Notes: generated from the sequence alone by a model not told the origin. Shown: positions 10,240 through 21,068, numbered from the stretch's first letter. The stretch: 64,000 bases of DNA from Nitrospinales bacterium (GCA_965262115.1 OZ253496.1:992001-1056000), one strand, 5' to 3'. Program-made: numbers and translations.

Positions 10240-11475
10240 TCAAGCTTCTGACACATCCATCCATTTAAAATTCTGGACGGGCAATATGGGGTAAACCGTA
10301 AAAAGTGGCGTGTTGTAGGGGACAACAGCCGTTTCGGTTCCGGGACTGAGGGTCAGATGAATGTTGACAAAATTGAAGCTCATCCCTTCCTGCCAGGGTA
10401 GAGAAGTATTTTCAACATAGGCGGGGACCTTATCCGCAGCGTGGCTCCGAACCATCAGGCCGGAACCTCCTTCAAGCCCATACTCATAAAGGTCGGGCGC
10501 GCCCTGAATGAGGATCGACGCCTGACTGGCATCGAACCAGATTTTAAAGTTTGAAACCACCTGCACGTAAGGCCCTAAAGTTCCAGTGCGTTCCAGGACC
10601 GCCCGAGGGTAGGCATATTCTGCCGGAACTTCCGGAGTGGCTGGGTAAGCGGGAGCGCGAAATTCTTTTTCCTTGATCCTGGAAACCGACAGAAATATCA
10701 GGTTCGGATCATCCATAGGAATATCCAAAATCTCGCCGTCCTGAAAACTGCATATCTTTCCCATTTCAAACCCCAAAGGAAACGAGTAACCCATTTTGCA
10801 ATAATAGGCTCGCATCCCCGCATCCAACGGGTCATCGGGTTTTTTACTGATCTTGATATCGAAGGGCATCATCAGGTGAAAAGCATTGGTACGCGCATTC
10901 ATGAACGGACCGCATGCCCCCGGATGTTCGCGGTGCACTTTGGGGTTGTCCGGCTCGAACTTTCTCGGTCCGCCGCCAAAATGTTGCGCGGTTTTCTCCT
11001 CCTTACTCAAGCCGAACTTGTCCTGATAATAGGCAGAAGCCCGTTTCTGGGCAATATCTAAAAAATAGTCCGGAGCTTCGGTCTGTACCACCAGGCGCTG
11101 CTTTTCCCGTGCATCCGTTTTGGTGGGCCGCATCGCTTCATTATATACACCGATCTCGGCGGTGGTCTTTTTAATGTCCTGTTCGATCTGTCGGGTCAGT
11201 TGCGGATTTTTGTAGGTGGTTTTATCGACCAATTCCCGCGCCCGGTTGAGCATTTCCAGTTTCAGGGTGTAGCGTTTCGGCTCTTTGGCCAGAGCCTGGA
11301 CTGTGGCCATGACAAGGCTGAACTGTTCCTCCGGTAAAAAACCGACTGCGTCGAAATCCGTTTCCCGGATGAAATCGAGCGCCATGGGACCAAACGCCTC
11401 TTCCTGTCGAAGCCCCAGAGTGAGCAGATAATTGAGGTAAGCCCGTGCCTCGTTAAGATCCACAAAATTCTCCAA
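10240..11475 (-). CDS. Hypothetical protein (411 aa)
   Basis: Long ORF with host-like codon usage; no family recognised. Confidence 0.7.
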   Translation of the reverse strand: MENFVDLNEARAYLNYLLTLGLRQEEAFGPMALDFIRETDFDAVGFLPEEQFSLVMATVQALAKEPKRYTLKLEMLNRARELVDKTTYKNPQLTRQIEQDIKKTTAEIGVYNEAMRPTKTDAREKQRLVVQTEAPDYFLDIAQKRASAYYQDKFGLSKEEKTAQHFGGGPRKFEPDNPKVHREHPGACGPFMNARTNAFHLMMPFDIKISKKPDDPLDAGMRAYYCKMGYSFPLGFEMGKICSFQDGEILDIPMDDPNLIFLSVSRIKEKEFRAPAYPATPEVPAEYAYPRAVLERTGTLGPYVQVVSNFKIWFDASQASILIQGAPDLYEYGLEGGSGLMVRSHAADKVPAYVENTSLPWQEGMSFNFVNIHLTLSPGTETAVVPYNTPLFTVYPILPVQNFKWMDVSEA

Positions 11476-11752
11476 AACAGGATTTAAAAAGGCTTATCTT
11501 GACGGGAAATGCCCCGATTCGCAAGTGCTTTTGTGAGGGAAGCCGGGCAGACATATTTTATCCCCATTTCCTATGTTTAATCAGAGTTGCAAAAAGCACA
11601 GAAATGCTATAAAACACCCAATTTATGTGGTTATGCAAGATTTCGGCGATTTTAACAATATTATCTGTTGCTTTCGAATAGTACTGCTGGATTGACCAAC
11701 ATTTATTGATTTAACATGGGGTTTTTATTGCTCCAAATGGTGACAGGAACCC

Positions 11753-13291
11753 TTGGACAAATCCATGGAAGTCGTGATCAATTTTGACGATATGAACTGG
11801 GCGGCAATCGGGCCGGAACTCATCATCCTGATAACCGCCTTCTTCATTCTTCTGGCCGGACTTAAAAAGGGGATGAATAGCCTTCCCTTTTTATCCACAG
11901 TTTCGCTGGTTGGAGTCGGCGCGGCGTTTCTGTTCACCCTGAACCTTTGGGGTGGAGTCCCGACCGCTGAAAGCGGAAACAGTTCGAGCATGTTCAGCGG
12001 TGCCTTGATCCACGACCGGTTTTCCCTGACCTTCAATCTGATATTCCTGCTGATGTCCTTGTTCGCAATTTTCGGTTCGGCCCGTTACCCACAGGAAGAC
12101 CATGAGAACAAGGCGGAATACTTCACACTTCTACTGATGGCGGTTGCGGGCATGATGTTTATGGCCAAGTCCGGCAACCTGATCACCATATTCATCTCCC
12201 TGGAACTGTTTTCCATTGCACTTTATATTCTTTGCGGCTTTTCCGCCAAACACGGAACCGGCAAGGAAGGACCTCACAGCAATACTGAACTAAGCTGGAC
12301 AACTCTGGCCTCGCAGGAGTCGACTGTTAAATACCTGCTGACCGGCGCATTTGCTTCCGCCATTCTGGTTTATGGCATGGCCCTGATTTACGCCGGTAGC
12401 GGTACGACCGAACTCAAAATGATCGGACAACTCATTCACGAAAACCCCTATACCAGGAACACGCTGGTTTATATCGGGATGGGGCTGATGTTTTGCGGAC
12501 TGGCGTTTAAAGTTTCTCTGGTACCTTTTCACTCCTGGACCCCGGATGTCTACCAGGGCGCACCGACACCCATCACCGGGTTCATGTCGGTGGCGACCAA
12601 GGCGGCGGCCTTTGCGGTGATCGTCCGCGTTTTTTTCATCGCCCTGCCAGAGTTGGAAAAGGTCTGGATACCCATTCTTTTCGGCATATCGGTCCTGACC
12701 ATGCTGGTGGGGAATACCGCCGCCATTTTTCAGGATGATATCAAAAGGATGCTCGCCTATTCCGGTGTTGCGCATGCCGGATATCTGTTGATCGGTATCG
12801 TCACCAACACCCAGGAAGGAATAGCCAGCATTATTTTCTACCTTGCGGTTTACCTGTTCATGAACATCGGAGCCTTTGCCGTGGTCTTCATCATGGAAGG
12901 GGAAGGGCAGGAAGGCAACTCTATCAACCGATTCAAAGGGCTGGCCAAAAAGAATCCCCTTCTGGCAGTAGCCATGAGCCTGTTCATGGTATCGCTGGCC
13001 GGGTTCCCACCCACTGCCGGTTTCTTTGGAAAGTTGTTCGTATTCTATGCCGCAGTCAAGAAGGGCTACATTCTCATAACTGTTATGGCAGTCATCGCCA
13101 GCATCATTTCCGTTTATTTTTATCTCCGCGTGATCGTCATGATGTATTTCCATGAAGATGAAAACGCTCCGCAACCTGTGATTCCCAAAGGCATGGGAGC
13201 CTTGATTACCGTCAGTTGTGTGGCGGTCTTGGCTATAGGGCTGTTCCCCTCTTTTTTAATGGAACTGGCCCGAGGCGCTATTCCTTTTTAG
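11753..13291 (+). CDS. nuoN: NADH-quinone oxidoreductase subunit N
   Basis: Multi-TM protein; [51 protein letters not shown] and [14 protein letters not shown] motifs. Confidence 0.93.
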   Translation: MDKSMEVVINFDDMNWAAIGPELIILITAFFILLAGLKKGMNSLPFLSTVSLVGVGAAFLFTLNLWGGVPTAESGNSSSMFSGALIHDRFSLTFNLIFLLMSLFAIFGSARYPQEDHENKAEYFTLLLMAVAGMMFMAKSGNLITIFISLELFSIALYILCGFSAKHGTGKEGPHSNTELSWTTLASQESTVKYLLTGAFASAILVYGMALIYAGSGTTELKMIGQLIHENPYTRNTLVYIGMGLMFCGLAFKVSLVPFHSWTPDVYQGAPTPITGFMSVATKAAAFAVIVRVFFIALPELEKVWIPILFGISVLTMLVGNTAAIFQDDIKRMLAYSGVAHAGYLLIGIVTNTQEGIASIIFYLAVYLFMNIGAFAVVFIMEGEGQEGNSINRFKGLAKKNPLLAVAMSLFMVSLAGFPPTAGFFGKLFVFYAAVKKGYILITVMAVIASIISVYFYLRVIVMMYFHEDENAPQPVIPKGMGALITVSCVAVLAIGLFPSFLMELARGAIPF

Positions 13292-13425
13292 CTTGCCACT
13301 CCCCTTCTATCCTGTGCATGGTAAAGAGATTCTGCCTCCTTGGGCTTAGTAGCATTGTCGAAACCCGGTCGTCTACCTTTGGCACAATCTCCGGCCAGCG
13401 TAAACTGGGAAAGCACCAGCACCTC
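13288..13425 (-). pseudogene. dtd: Internal fragment of D-aminoacyl-tRNA deacylase
   Basis: A frame not shown in the ORF track reads [35 protein letters not shown], which contains the DTD signature SQFTL...KGRRP. Both ends of the gene are missing. Confidence 0.8.
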
Positions 13426-13490
13426 GTGCGCTGGTAAATATTGCAGCATTCAAACATAATGCCAAGAAATTTTTTTCGGGTTTCTTTCAT
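13426..13490 (-). pseudogene. N-terminal remnant of a small Cys-rich protein ([15 protein letters not shown]), fused by deletion to the dtd fragment
   Basis: AAGGGA RBS and ATG 13490; the FxCCxxY motif ends abruptly where the dtd sequence begins. Confidence 0.5.
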
Positions 13491-13588
13491 GGTTCCCTTG
13501 CAATCGGCATCCTTCGCTTGCGCAAACGGCTGTCAAAATCATAAAGAATAATTTATTGCCACCTTCGCTGGCTGACCAGACTTCACCC

Positions 13589-14488
13589 TCACCTTATCTT
13601 ATCCAGAGCGCGGACTTTATATTCGATGAATGTTTTATGAGGAATGCGGAGAGCTTTGGTAATCCGCCTGACTTCCTCCGCTTCCTCATGGACCATCTCC
13701 CCATCGGCGATGGAAATTTCAAAAAGACATTCCATCAAATGGATACGGTCGTTGTAGGAAGCAACGCGGTTCAACTCCGTAGCCACTTCATGAAAATCAA
13801 AACCCTGGCGCGCTTGTTCCTCCACCACCTCAAACAACAGGGTCAATTCTTTTCCTTTTAAAGAAAACTGACTGGTCAGGCAACGCTTTAAAGCCTTTTT
13901 CTCTGCCGGGTCAAAATGGTCATCCACGTGAGCAACTGCCGCCATCAACGTACCCACAAGGCAAATAAAATAGAGCCGTTCATCGGGCAGGTTGGTGGGA
14001 ATCTTAAAATGTGCGCTTTTCAGTTCAATTTTTTTCAACACACGGCGTTTAAAATATTTTTCCATATCCGGGTTCAAGTCCCGCGCCTGCTTAAAAATAG
14101 TCCTTTGTAAAAGATTTCTGATCCGCCCAAAAGATTTTTTTGTATGAGAGGATTTTTCCAGCCAATCAGAAAACTGGCTGATCAACTCCCTTTCATCATT
14201 CTTTATTCTTTTATGTGCCTCAACCATGGCCTCCAACGCCCCCATGATTTCTGTCTTCTCATTTGGGGAGGATAACTCGGCAATCATCTGGCGATACAGC
14301 TCATCCTTTTCTTTTTTTGAGACCGGAGCCAAGAGATAAGGCTTCAACTCATCCAACTCATGTTTTTCCAAATCAAATTTTCTGTAGAATGTTTTGAGAA
14401 TATTAAGCTCAGATTGCGAAACTTCACCATCTGCCCAGGCAACGGTGGTGAGCACTTTAAGAAAAGTAATTTTTTTAAACTTTGACAT
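13589..14488 (-). CDS. TerB-family protein (two TerB-like domains)
   Basis: VAWADGEVSQSE and VAHVDDHFDPAE ... ISIADGEMVHEE motifs. Confidence 0.8.
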   Translation of the reverse strand: MSKFKKITFLKVLTTVAWADGEVSQSELNILKTFYRKFDLEKHELDELKPYLLAPVSKKEKDELYRQMIAELSSPNEKTEIMGALEAMVEAHKRIKNDERELISQFSDWLEKSSHTKKSFGRIRNLLQRTIFKQARDLNPDMEKYFKRRVLKKIELKSAHFKIPTNLPDERLYFICLVGTLMAAVAHVDDHFDPAEKKALKRCLTSQFSLKGKELTLLFEVVEEQARQGFDFHEVATELNRVASYNDRIHLMECLFEISIADGEMVHEEAEEVRRITKALRIPHKTFIEYKVRALDKIR

Positions 14489-14498
14489 AGCGTTCCCC

Positions 14499-15785
14499 TT
14501 AGTCAAAACGGTTCAACCAAACCCGACTTCTACCCGGAGTTGGTGACAGAGCGAAAATATCCAGGAACCCATCCTGGTTGACATCGGCAAAGGCCATCTC
14601 TCGAAAAAACCGGAAACGAGGAAGACGCCTTTCGGTTTCATCAGAAAATCTCCATCGACCTCTACCTTGTAAATAATAAACTCCCTTTGAGGTCAAGATC
14701 AAGGCATCAGGTTTGGTACTACCATTCGCATCTAAAAGATAAGCCTTGTAAGAAGGAAGGCGGGGAAGCATTTTATGCGATCGTTTTTTAAAATTCCCCC
14801 CTCCCGTATTTTCAAGGAAATATGCGGTCTCCCCAGGGTAAGCCCGATAAGGTTTATTAATAGACCGGTTGACCACCAGAAGGTCATTATCTCCATCCCC
14901 ATCAAAGTCTGCCCAGTCGGCATGTTCGCTGGCGTCGATAATGCGGGGTATGTGAGACGCAGTACGGTCCGCAAACTTTCCCACTCCGTTATTTATCAAA
15001 AGCCGATTCTGGCCTTTTCCGTAAATCAGAAAAACATCCACCACTCCATCGCCATCAAAATCGGCAAAAGAGGCATCGCGAATTCCCGCAGGCAGACGAG
15101 GCATGAGCAAAGCTGTCAAGTCCTCCAACTTCCCTGCACCTTTATTAATGAGCAGGCAGGCTTGATGGCCTGCGGGTTTTCCATTTGCATCCAGAACATT
15201 TTGACCAAAATAAAAAAGATCCTTGTCTCCATCTTGATCCAGATCAACCGCAATCACCTTATCTATTCCGGCCTTAATGGGGTAAGAACCTTCTTCATCC
15301 TTGGCGTAAAAATAACCTTTTTTATTATTAAAAAGAATTCGGGTGGACACTCTTCCCGAAACTTGCATGATCAGAGCAAGGTCATCACCTCCATCGCGAT
15401 TCAAGTCTGCCGTAGTGAAGGAAAGGATAGGATCCTTCTGTCCCTCTACCCAGCGCCCCAGATCTTCCTGAAGAAAACTATTTTTTCCTTGATTGATGAA
15501 GAGCTGCAACCGGGGTTTTCCAGCCTCGTTAAGGACTATTAAATCCGGCAATTCGTCTTGGTCTGCGCGGAGGAAAGTGGCGTGTCTTGGAGAGGAATTT
15601 TGTTGAGAAAGCCATTTTCCGGTCACATCACGGAAACGCTGGCTGGCAGGATTATCCGCAGTATGAGGTTGGGAGCCTCCACACCCATTAAGAAGTACCA
15701 GCACGAGCAAGACTCGCGCCAAGGCTTTAATCAAAAATGGATTTGGGCAATGTGTCCTGTGATAAATCAATGTGCAAGCCTTCAT
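14499..15785 (-). CDS. FG-GAP/VCBS repeat lipoprotein
   Basis: Repeated DxDxDGDxD motifs and a lipobox LLNGC. The true start is probably TTG near 15734, because upstream codons overlap the MBL remnant. Confidence 0.85.
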   Translation of the reverse strand: MKACTLIYHRTHCPNPFLIKALARVLLVLVLLNGCGGSQPHTADNPASQRFRDVTGKWLSQQNSSPRHATFLRADQDELPDLIVLNEAGKPRLQLFINQGKNSFLQEDLGRWVEGQKDPILSFTTADLNRDGGDDLALIMQVSGRVSTRILFNNKKGYFYAKDEEGSYPIKAGIDKVIAVDLDQDGDKDLFYFGQNVLDANGKPAGHQACLLINKGAGKLEDLTALLMPRLPAGIRDASFADFDGDGVVDVFLIYGKGQNRLLINNGVGKFADRTASHIPRIIDASEHADWADFDGDGDNDLLVVNRSINKPYRAYPGETAYFLENTGGGNFKKRSHKMLPRLPSYKAYLLDANGSTKPDALILTSKGVYYLQGRGRWRFSDETERRLPRFRFFREMAFADVNQDGFLDIFALSPTPGRSRVWLNRFD

Positions 15786-16141
15786 AGGCGGCTATGCTTT
15801 TTGGAAAAAGTTGGCGGGATTCCGCTTCAATTTGCTTGATAAAATTATCATCGTGAGAAGGGTCGTGATGAAACGAAACCAGTTTTTCCACCTCCCCGCT
15901 TCCGCAATCCTGATCCCTTCCCGCATGGTGCTACGTCCCCAGCCTTTACGGGGAAACTGACCATTGAGGCCATAATATTCATCTTCTGTATACTGAGCGT
16001 CATAAACCAGAGCACCGGCATCCCGGCAAAGCTCAATCAGGTTTTTATTCGGCTTGTCCTCATAATGCTCACAATCGTGAGTTTTATTCTATAAATAAAA
16101 GACTGGGCATTATAAACAATCCACCAGTGGGTAACAATCAC
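15727..16141 (-). pseudogene. MBL-fold metallo-hydrolase remnant (large internal deletion plus frameshifts)
   Basis: Pieces in different frames: MIVTHW | IVYNAQSFIY | DCEHYED...LVYDAQYTEDEY...KGWGRST (usual GWGHST) | EKLVSFHHDPSHDD...AAYEGLHIDL...*. The HxHxDH region is absent. Confidence 0.8.
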
Positions 16142-16185
16142 TTCCTTGAGGAAAAGACCCTGCGCTTCCACCTTCCATTTAAAAA

Positions 16186-17013
16186 TCAGGGAGTTGAGCA
16201 AAATCTTGATGAAACAGGTTCGTCCTTCTCTAAATACTCCTTCACCAACTCCAATTCCAGGGTGTTCATGGGTTCCTGTTTCCACAATCCGGGAAACGTT
16301 TTTCGGAATCCGTCTATAAAACAAGGAACCAGTTCTGTCCACTCCGGCTTTTTCGGCAGCACCTCTTTCAAGGTTAACGTGCTCGAAATCAAGTTTTTGA
16401 GCCCCCGGTTTTTTTCAACCTCTGAGGAATAGCGAAGCAGACTATGAGCCAGTTCAGGATCCTTATCCAACAAGATGGAGCCATGCTGCAAAAAAGCTCC
16501 ATTTAACCGGCGCTGGGCGCTACCAGCCAGCTTCTTTCCTTTCACTGTTATTTCCCAATGATTGGATGTCGAAAAACAGGCCGGGGAACGCTTACCCGGA
16601 GTTCTTTTATCTTTTCCGACCATTTCAGGTTTGAGAACACCGGCTCTTCCCAGAGAAAGAATCACAGCTTTCGATACGGCCGAAAAAGCTCCGGCCAGGT
16701 TTCCAGGAAACCCGGGATGAGGTATGGGAGCAACGAGACTGTAGGTGAATTCATGTTGATGCAAAAGGGCCCGCCCTCCTGTAAACCTTCGGACGATGGA
16801 GATGTTTCTTTGTTCACACTGCACTCTGTCCACATCCTTGAATTCGTTCTGCGAATAACCGATAGAGAGGGTCGGCTTGTCCCACCCATACAGCCTTAAA
16901 GTGGCTGGGGCCTGCCCCCTGTCGCAGGCGGTGAGAATGGCCCTGTCTGTCGCCATGTTCAACCTGCCGTCGCCGGGGCCATCTTCAATCAATCTCCAAG
17001 CAGGGTTTTTCAT
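16186..17013 (-). CDS. Lipoate-protein ligase A family (LipM-like octanoyltransferase)
   Basis: NMATDRA, TLRLYGW, VRRFTGGRALLH, KKLAGSAQRR and LQHGS motifs; GGAGAGG RBS before ATG 17013. Confidence 0.88.
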   Translation of the reverse strand: MKNPAWRLIEDGPGDGRLNMATDRAILTACDRGQAPATLRLYGWDKPTLSIGYSQNEFKDVDRVQCEQRNISIVRRFTGGRALLHQHEFTYSLVAPIPHPGFPGNLAGAFSAVSKAVILSLGRAGVLKPEMVGKDKRTPGKRSPACFSTSNHWEITVKGKKLAGSAQRRLNGAFLQHGSILLDKDPELAHSLLRYSSEVEKNRGLKNLISSTLTLKEVLPKKPEWTELVPCFIDGFRKTFPGLWKQEPMNTLELELVKEYLEKDEPVSSRFCSTP

Positions 17014-17080
17014 GGCGACCTCTCCATGTCCTTCGACAATATTTTTTGACTCGTAAAGAATCATCCTATAAATATGAAGT

Positions 17081-18121
17081 ATGAGAGTCAATTCCAGATA
17101 TCTTTCAAAATCAATTTATTTTCTCGCTTTCATTCTGGCCCCGGGCTTTGGCAATCCATTAGCCTCCAATGCCTTTGAAAATCCAGGTCTGCTTAGAAAA
17201 GAATGCCGCACCACCTGCCATCAAGCGGAGCACATCCTGAAAGCAAAGAAAAACAAATTCACCCAGCCCGAATGCAAAGCCTGCCACACAGGAGTGATAG
17301 AAGAAAGCACTTTATCCCCTTTTTCAGTTCCCACCCCGGCAGGCCTCACCGGCAACAACAACCTTTTATTGAAATCCCTCATTCAAACCGTGCCTAATTC
17401 TCGGGCCAAAAACTCCACTCCAGTTGTGAAACAGGAAAAACCCTCCATGGCTTATGTCCCGGCCGGAGAATTTATCATGGGATCGAATGAACGCTGGGAT
17501 GATGAAGCGCCAGAGCATCTTTCTGCAACCCACGCATTCTATATTGATATGAATGAAGTCACCAATACAGATTATAAAAATTTTGTAGATGCAACCCAGA
17601 GAACGCCTCCTTTTCACTGGCCCGATGAAAACCTTCCCAAGGGCAAGGAAAATCATCCCGTTGTTTATGTCAATTGGTTCGACGCGAAGGATTACTGTTT
17701 CTGGGCCGGCAAGCGCCTGCCCACTGAACAGGAATGGGAAAAGGCGGCACGGGGCGAAGAAGGTCTCATTTATCCCTGGGGAAATGAGTGGTCACTAGAC
17801 AAGTCCAATAATCCCTATAAGCATTCCACCGGCACAGAACCTGTTGGCTCCTACCCGGAGGGGCGCAGCCCCTATGGGCTCTATGATATTTCCGGAAATG
17901 TGTGGGAATGGGTAGACAGTTACTATTTACCGCATCCTGGAAATCCCGTCACGCGCGTAGAATATGGAGGAGATAAAAGAGTGTTGAAAGGCGGGTCCTG
18001 GTTCGACTGCCTTTCTTATGGTTGCGGATTGAGTGCTCCAACCTTCAACCGAAGTTTTTTCACCCCTGAGGTGAAGAATAACAGCTTCGGCTTTCGTTGT
18101 GCGAAAACGAAAAGTCCATAA
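17081..18121 (+). CDS. Formylglycine-generating enzyme (SUMF1/FGE-sulfatase) domain protein with N-terminal putative heme c motifs
   Basis: GEFIMGS, EVTN, RLPTEQEWEKAARG, GLYDISGNVWEW and GFRCA motifs; signal peptide; CRTTCH and CKACH. Confidence 0.85.
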   Translation: MRVNSRYLSKSIYFLAFILAPGFGNPLASNAFENPGLLRKECRTTCHQAEHILKAKKNKFTQPECKACHTGVIEESTLSPFSVPTPAGLTGNNNLLLKSLIQTVPNSRAKNSTPVVKQEKPSMAYVPAGEFIMGSNERWDDEAPEHLSATHAFYIDMNEVTNTDYKNFVDATQRTPPFHWPDENLPKGKENHPVVYVNWFDAKDYCFWAGKRLPTEQEWEKAARGEEGLIYPWGNEWSLDKSNNPYKHSTGTEPVGSYPEGRSPYGLYDISGNVWEWVDSYYLPHPGNPVTRVEYGGDKRVLKGGSWFDCLSYGCGLSAPTFNRSFFTPEVKNNSFGFRCAKTKSP

Positions 18122-18415
18122 CTTCGATCCGAAACCAACCCAAGGCTTGACGCAGGCTCGCTTTTTCTTAAAGTAGAGCTTAATAAGCTTGTCTTTTAAA
18201 TAACCCTATATCATCTTAAGCCTCACCACTTGAAAGAATATTAAACTTTAAGCTGCCTTGGACCTGGCCATTGATCCTGATCCATCCTCACAAACCCCAA
18301 TCAATGCTTTACATGGGCAACGAAAACTGTTATGGTTTTAAAACTTAACCACAACAGACTTGATAAAAATAAGGGGCATGCCATGAGAAACGGTTTACGT
18401 TCCCTAGGGAGTTTT

Positions 18416-18742
18416 ATGAAAAAAATCAAGTTAATTTCTATTGGAATAATGACTACTATATTATTAACAGGATGTGCTGCTAGATACAATGGACCTGGAA
18501 CATTCCAAGATTTTGCAAAAGCACGGTATGAGTGTTATGAGTCATTAAACAGAGACAAAAACTATAGTGCTTATATAGGCGAGTATGGGGGTTCAGCATC
18601 AAGTTCCACGATGCCATCTTGTGGGTCATTTGTTGCATGTTTAGCATCAAGGGGATATATAAAGTCCGAAAATGGAAGACTTGATACCAGTTCAATACAA
18701 GTTAATTGCCGAGGTTCTTTTTCTCATCCTTCAAACGAATAA
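18416..18742 (+). CDS. Small AT-rich lipoprotein
   Basis: GGGAG RBS; MKKIKLISIGIMTTILLTGC lipobox; composition differs from neighbours. Confidence 0.65.
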   Translation: MKKIKLISIGIMTTILLTGCAARYNGPGTFQDFAKARYECYESLNRDKNYSAYIGEYGGSASSSTMPSCGSFVACLASRGYIKSENGRLDTSSIQVNCRGSFSHPSNE

Positions 18743-19426
18743 AACCTTAGGATAGAAAAAGATATTTGGTTCTAATACCACTAATCCCTTTCCTCAAAAA
18801 CCATAATCAGCAGTAATCCTTCCAAGTATTTTCGGGTCCTCATTAATATATAATGCGGTTGTAGAAATTGATTGGTGCCCCATTAAAGTTTGAAGATTGG
18901 TAATACTGACTCCCTTTTAGAGGCAAGAAACATCAATTTCCTTAAAAGAAAGCTGGAAATGGGTGAGATCACCCCCGACCAATGCAAAGAGGTGATGAAA
19001 CGCCTGATTCTGAAAAAATATACGAGCGCATTAAAAACCGAAGCTTTCGGGCCAGCATTTTAGGCTTTGACCGCTCCCTGGAAAGCAAAATAACCGTCAA
19101 ATCCTGAATCTTCGTTTCTAGCTTCCCCATAATATTTAACAGCCTGCAGAGCCTCGGAAAAATAATTTTATAAAATTGATTCGCTCGCCCCGGATAAAGG
19201 TATAATGCCGTCCACTTGAGTGGCCCCTTGACAGGGGGGGGGTTGTCAAGCTGCCAAAACTCTTTGCTCGCCTGATAAAGTTATTGCTTGTTGGCCCCAC
19301 GCCGAGCGGGCGTCACGCTGGCTGAACTCGGAGCTGGTTGACTCCTGAGGGCGTAGCGTATACTGGTGGAATTCGCGTTAAAGAGCGAACCCCTCGCTCA
19401 CAAACTGAAATTAATAAGGAGGCAGG

Positions 19427-20494
19427 ATGGGCTCGGACGACAGAGAAAAAGCACTGGAACTGGCATTCACTCAAATCGAGAAGCAATTCGGCAAAGGCTC
19501 CATAATGAAACTGGGCAAAGCCGAAAGCCTGAAAGGAATCAGTGTCATTCCCACCGGCTCCATTTCTCTGGATCACGCGTTGGGTGTGGGCGGAGTTCCC
19601 AGAGGCCGGATTATCGAAATCTACGGCCCGGAAGGTTCAGGAAAAACCAGTTTAACGCTACATATCATTGCTGAAGCACAAAAAGGCGGAGGGGTCGCAG
19701 CATTCATTGACGCAGAACACGCTTTAGATCCCGAATATGCTGGCAACCTCGGTGTCAACCTCGATGACCTGCTTCTCTCTCAACCAGATACAGGTGAACA
19801 AGCACTGGAAATCGTCGAAGTTCTTGTTCGCAGTGGCGCGGTGGATGTCATCGTCGTCGACTCCGTAGCCGCCCTCGTTCCAAAGTCTGAGCTCGATGGA
19901 GACATGGGCGATTCCCATATGGGACTGCAAGCCCGGCTGATGTCTCAGGCCATGCGCAAACTGGCGGGAGTGGTCAACAAATCCAGAACCAGCCTGGTAT
20001 TCATCAACCAGATTCGCATGAAAATTGGAGTGATGTTTGGCAATCCCGAAACAACAACCGGCGGAAACGCGCTCAAGTTTTATTCATCCGTCCGTATGGA
20101 TATTCGCCGCATCGCAGCCTTGAAGGACGGAGAAACTGTCATCGGTAACCGCACCCGGGTCAAGGTAGTGAAAAACAAGGTTGCCCCGCCCTTTCGCCAG
20201 GTTGAATTAGATATTATCTACGGAAAAGGAATCTCCAAGGTCGGTGACCTGCTCGATCTTGGCGTGGCCCACGATATCATCGCCAAAAGCGGTACATGGT
20301 TCTCCTATAATGAAAACCGGATTGGTCAAGGCCGTGAAAATTCCAAAAAGTTTTTGATCGATAACCCTGAGATGGCGGCAGAAATTGAAGGACGGTTGCG
20401 CCAAACCCTTGGGCTGACCGCTGCAGAAACGACGCCGGAAGAAAATGCGGAAGAACCCTCCGCCAAGGAGAAAAAGGCCGCAAAAAATTCCTAA
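19427..20494 (+). CDS. recA: Recombinase RecA
   Basis: [49 protein letters not shown]. Confidence 0.99.
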   Translation: MGSDDREKALELAFTQIEKQFGKGSIMKLGKAESLKGISVIPTGSISLDHALGVGGVPRGRIIEIYGPEGSGKTSLTLHIIAEAQKGGGVAAFIDAEHALDPEYAGNLGVNLDDLLLSQPDTGEQALEIVEVLVRSGAVDVIVVDSVAALVPKSELDGDMGDSHMGLQARLMSQAMRKLAGVVNKSRTSLVFINQIRMKIGVMFGNPETTTGGNALKFYSSVRMDIRRIAALKDGETVIGNRTRVKVVKNKVAPPFRQVELDIIYGKGISKVGDLLDLGVAHDIIAKSGTWFSYNENRIGQGRENSKKFLIDNPEMAAEIEGRLRQTLGLTAAETTPEENAEEPSAKEKKAAKNS

Positions 20495-20564
20495 CCTTTG
20501 ATGAGGGCACCTTTAAAAATCAGCTTTTGTGCCACCCCTTTGTTTGAGGTCCCCATAAAACCTA

Positions 20565-21068
20565 ATGCCGGATCAAGAAGCCCTCAAAATCGCTAAATCC
20601 CAGGCATTCAGACACCTCGCCTATCGGGATCGGAGCGAGCGGGAGCTTGCCCAATACCTGGAAAAAAAGAAGCATGCTCCTTCTGTTATTCAAAGGACCC
20701 TTCAGGATCTTGTAAAACTGAACTACCTCGACGATCAACGCTTCGCGATGGAATGGGGCCGGTCGCGCGTTGAAGGAAAAAAATTCGGCAAAAAACGCTT
20801 ACGCCATGAGCTTTTGGTAAAAGGCGTTTCATCCCATATCATTGAAACGACTTTGGACACCCTATACGATTCCCATCCCGAACAAGACCTTGCTCTGGCC
20901 TGTGCAAATAAAAAGCTGGCATCCCTTCACGGACTGGAACCCGAAAAAAAAACGCGCCGGTTGGCTCAATACCTTCAGCGAAGAGGATTTTCCGCCGATA
21001 TCATTTATGAGACGCTGAAAGTCTCCGCCTCTAGCCGCCAGCGTGACGCTGGACCCAATGAGCAATGA
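20565..21068 (+). CDS. recX: Regulatory protein RecX
   Basis: Follows recA; RDRSERELAQYL, NYLDDQRFA, LQRRGF motifs. Confidence 0.9.
   Translation: MPDQEALKIAKSQAFRHLAYRDRSERELAQYLEKKKHAPSVIQRTLQDLVKLNYLDDQRFAMEWGRSRVEGKKFGKKRLRHELLVKGVSSHIIETTLDTLYDSHPEQDLALACANKKLASLHGLEPEKKTRRLAQYLQRRGFSADIIYETLKVSASSRQRDAGPNEQ

Noticed and set aside
12290..13174. Long antisense ORFs (also 3349..4110, 14775..15542, 31067..31957, 32611..33594)
   Set aside because: They lie opposite well-supported genes and show no recognisable motifs.
19176..19364. recA sigma-70 promoter or SOS box
   Set aside because: Candidate -35/-10 pairs have 15- or 19-nt spacers, and no LexA box of a known type was recognisable.
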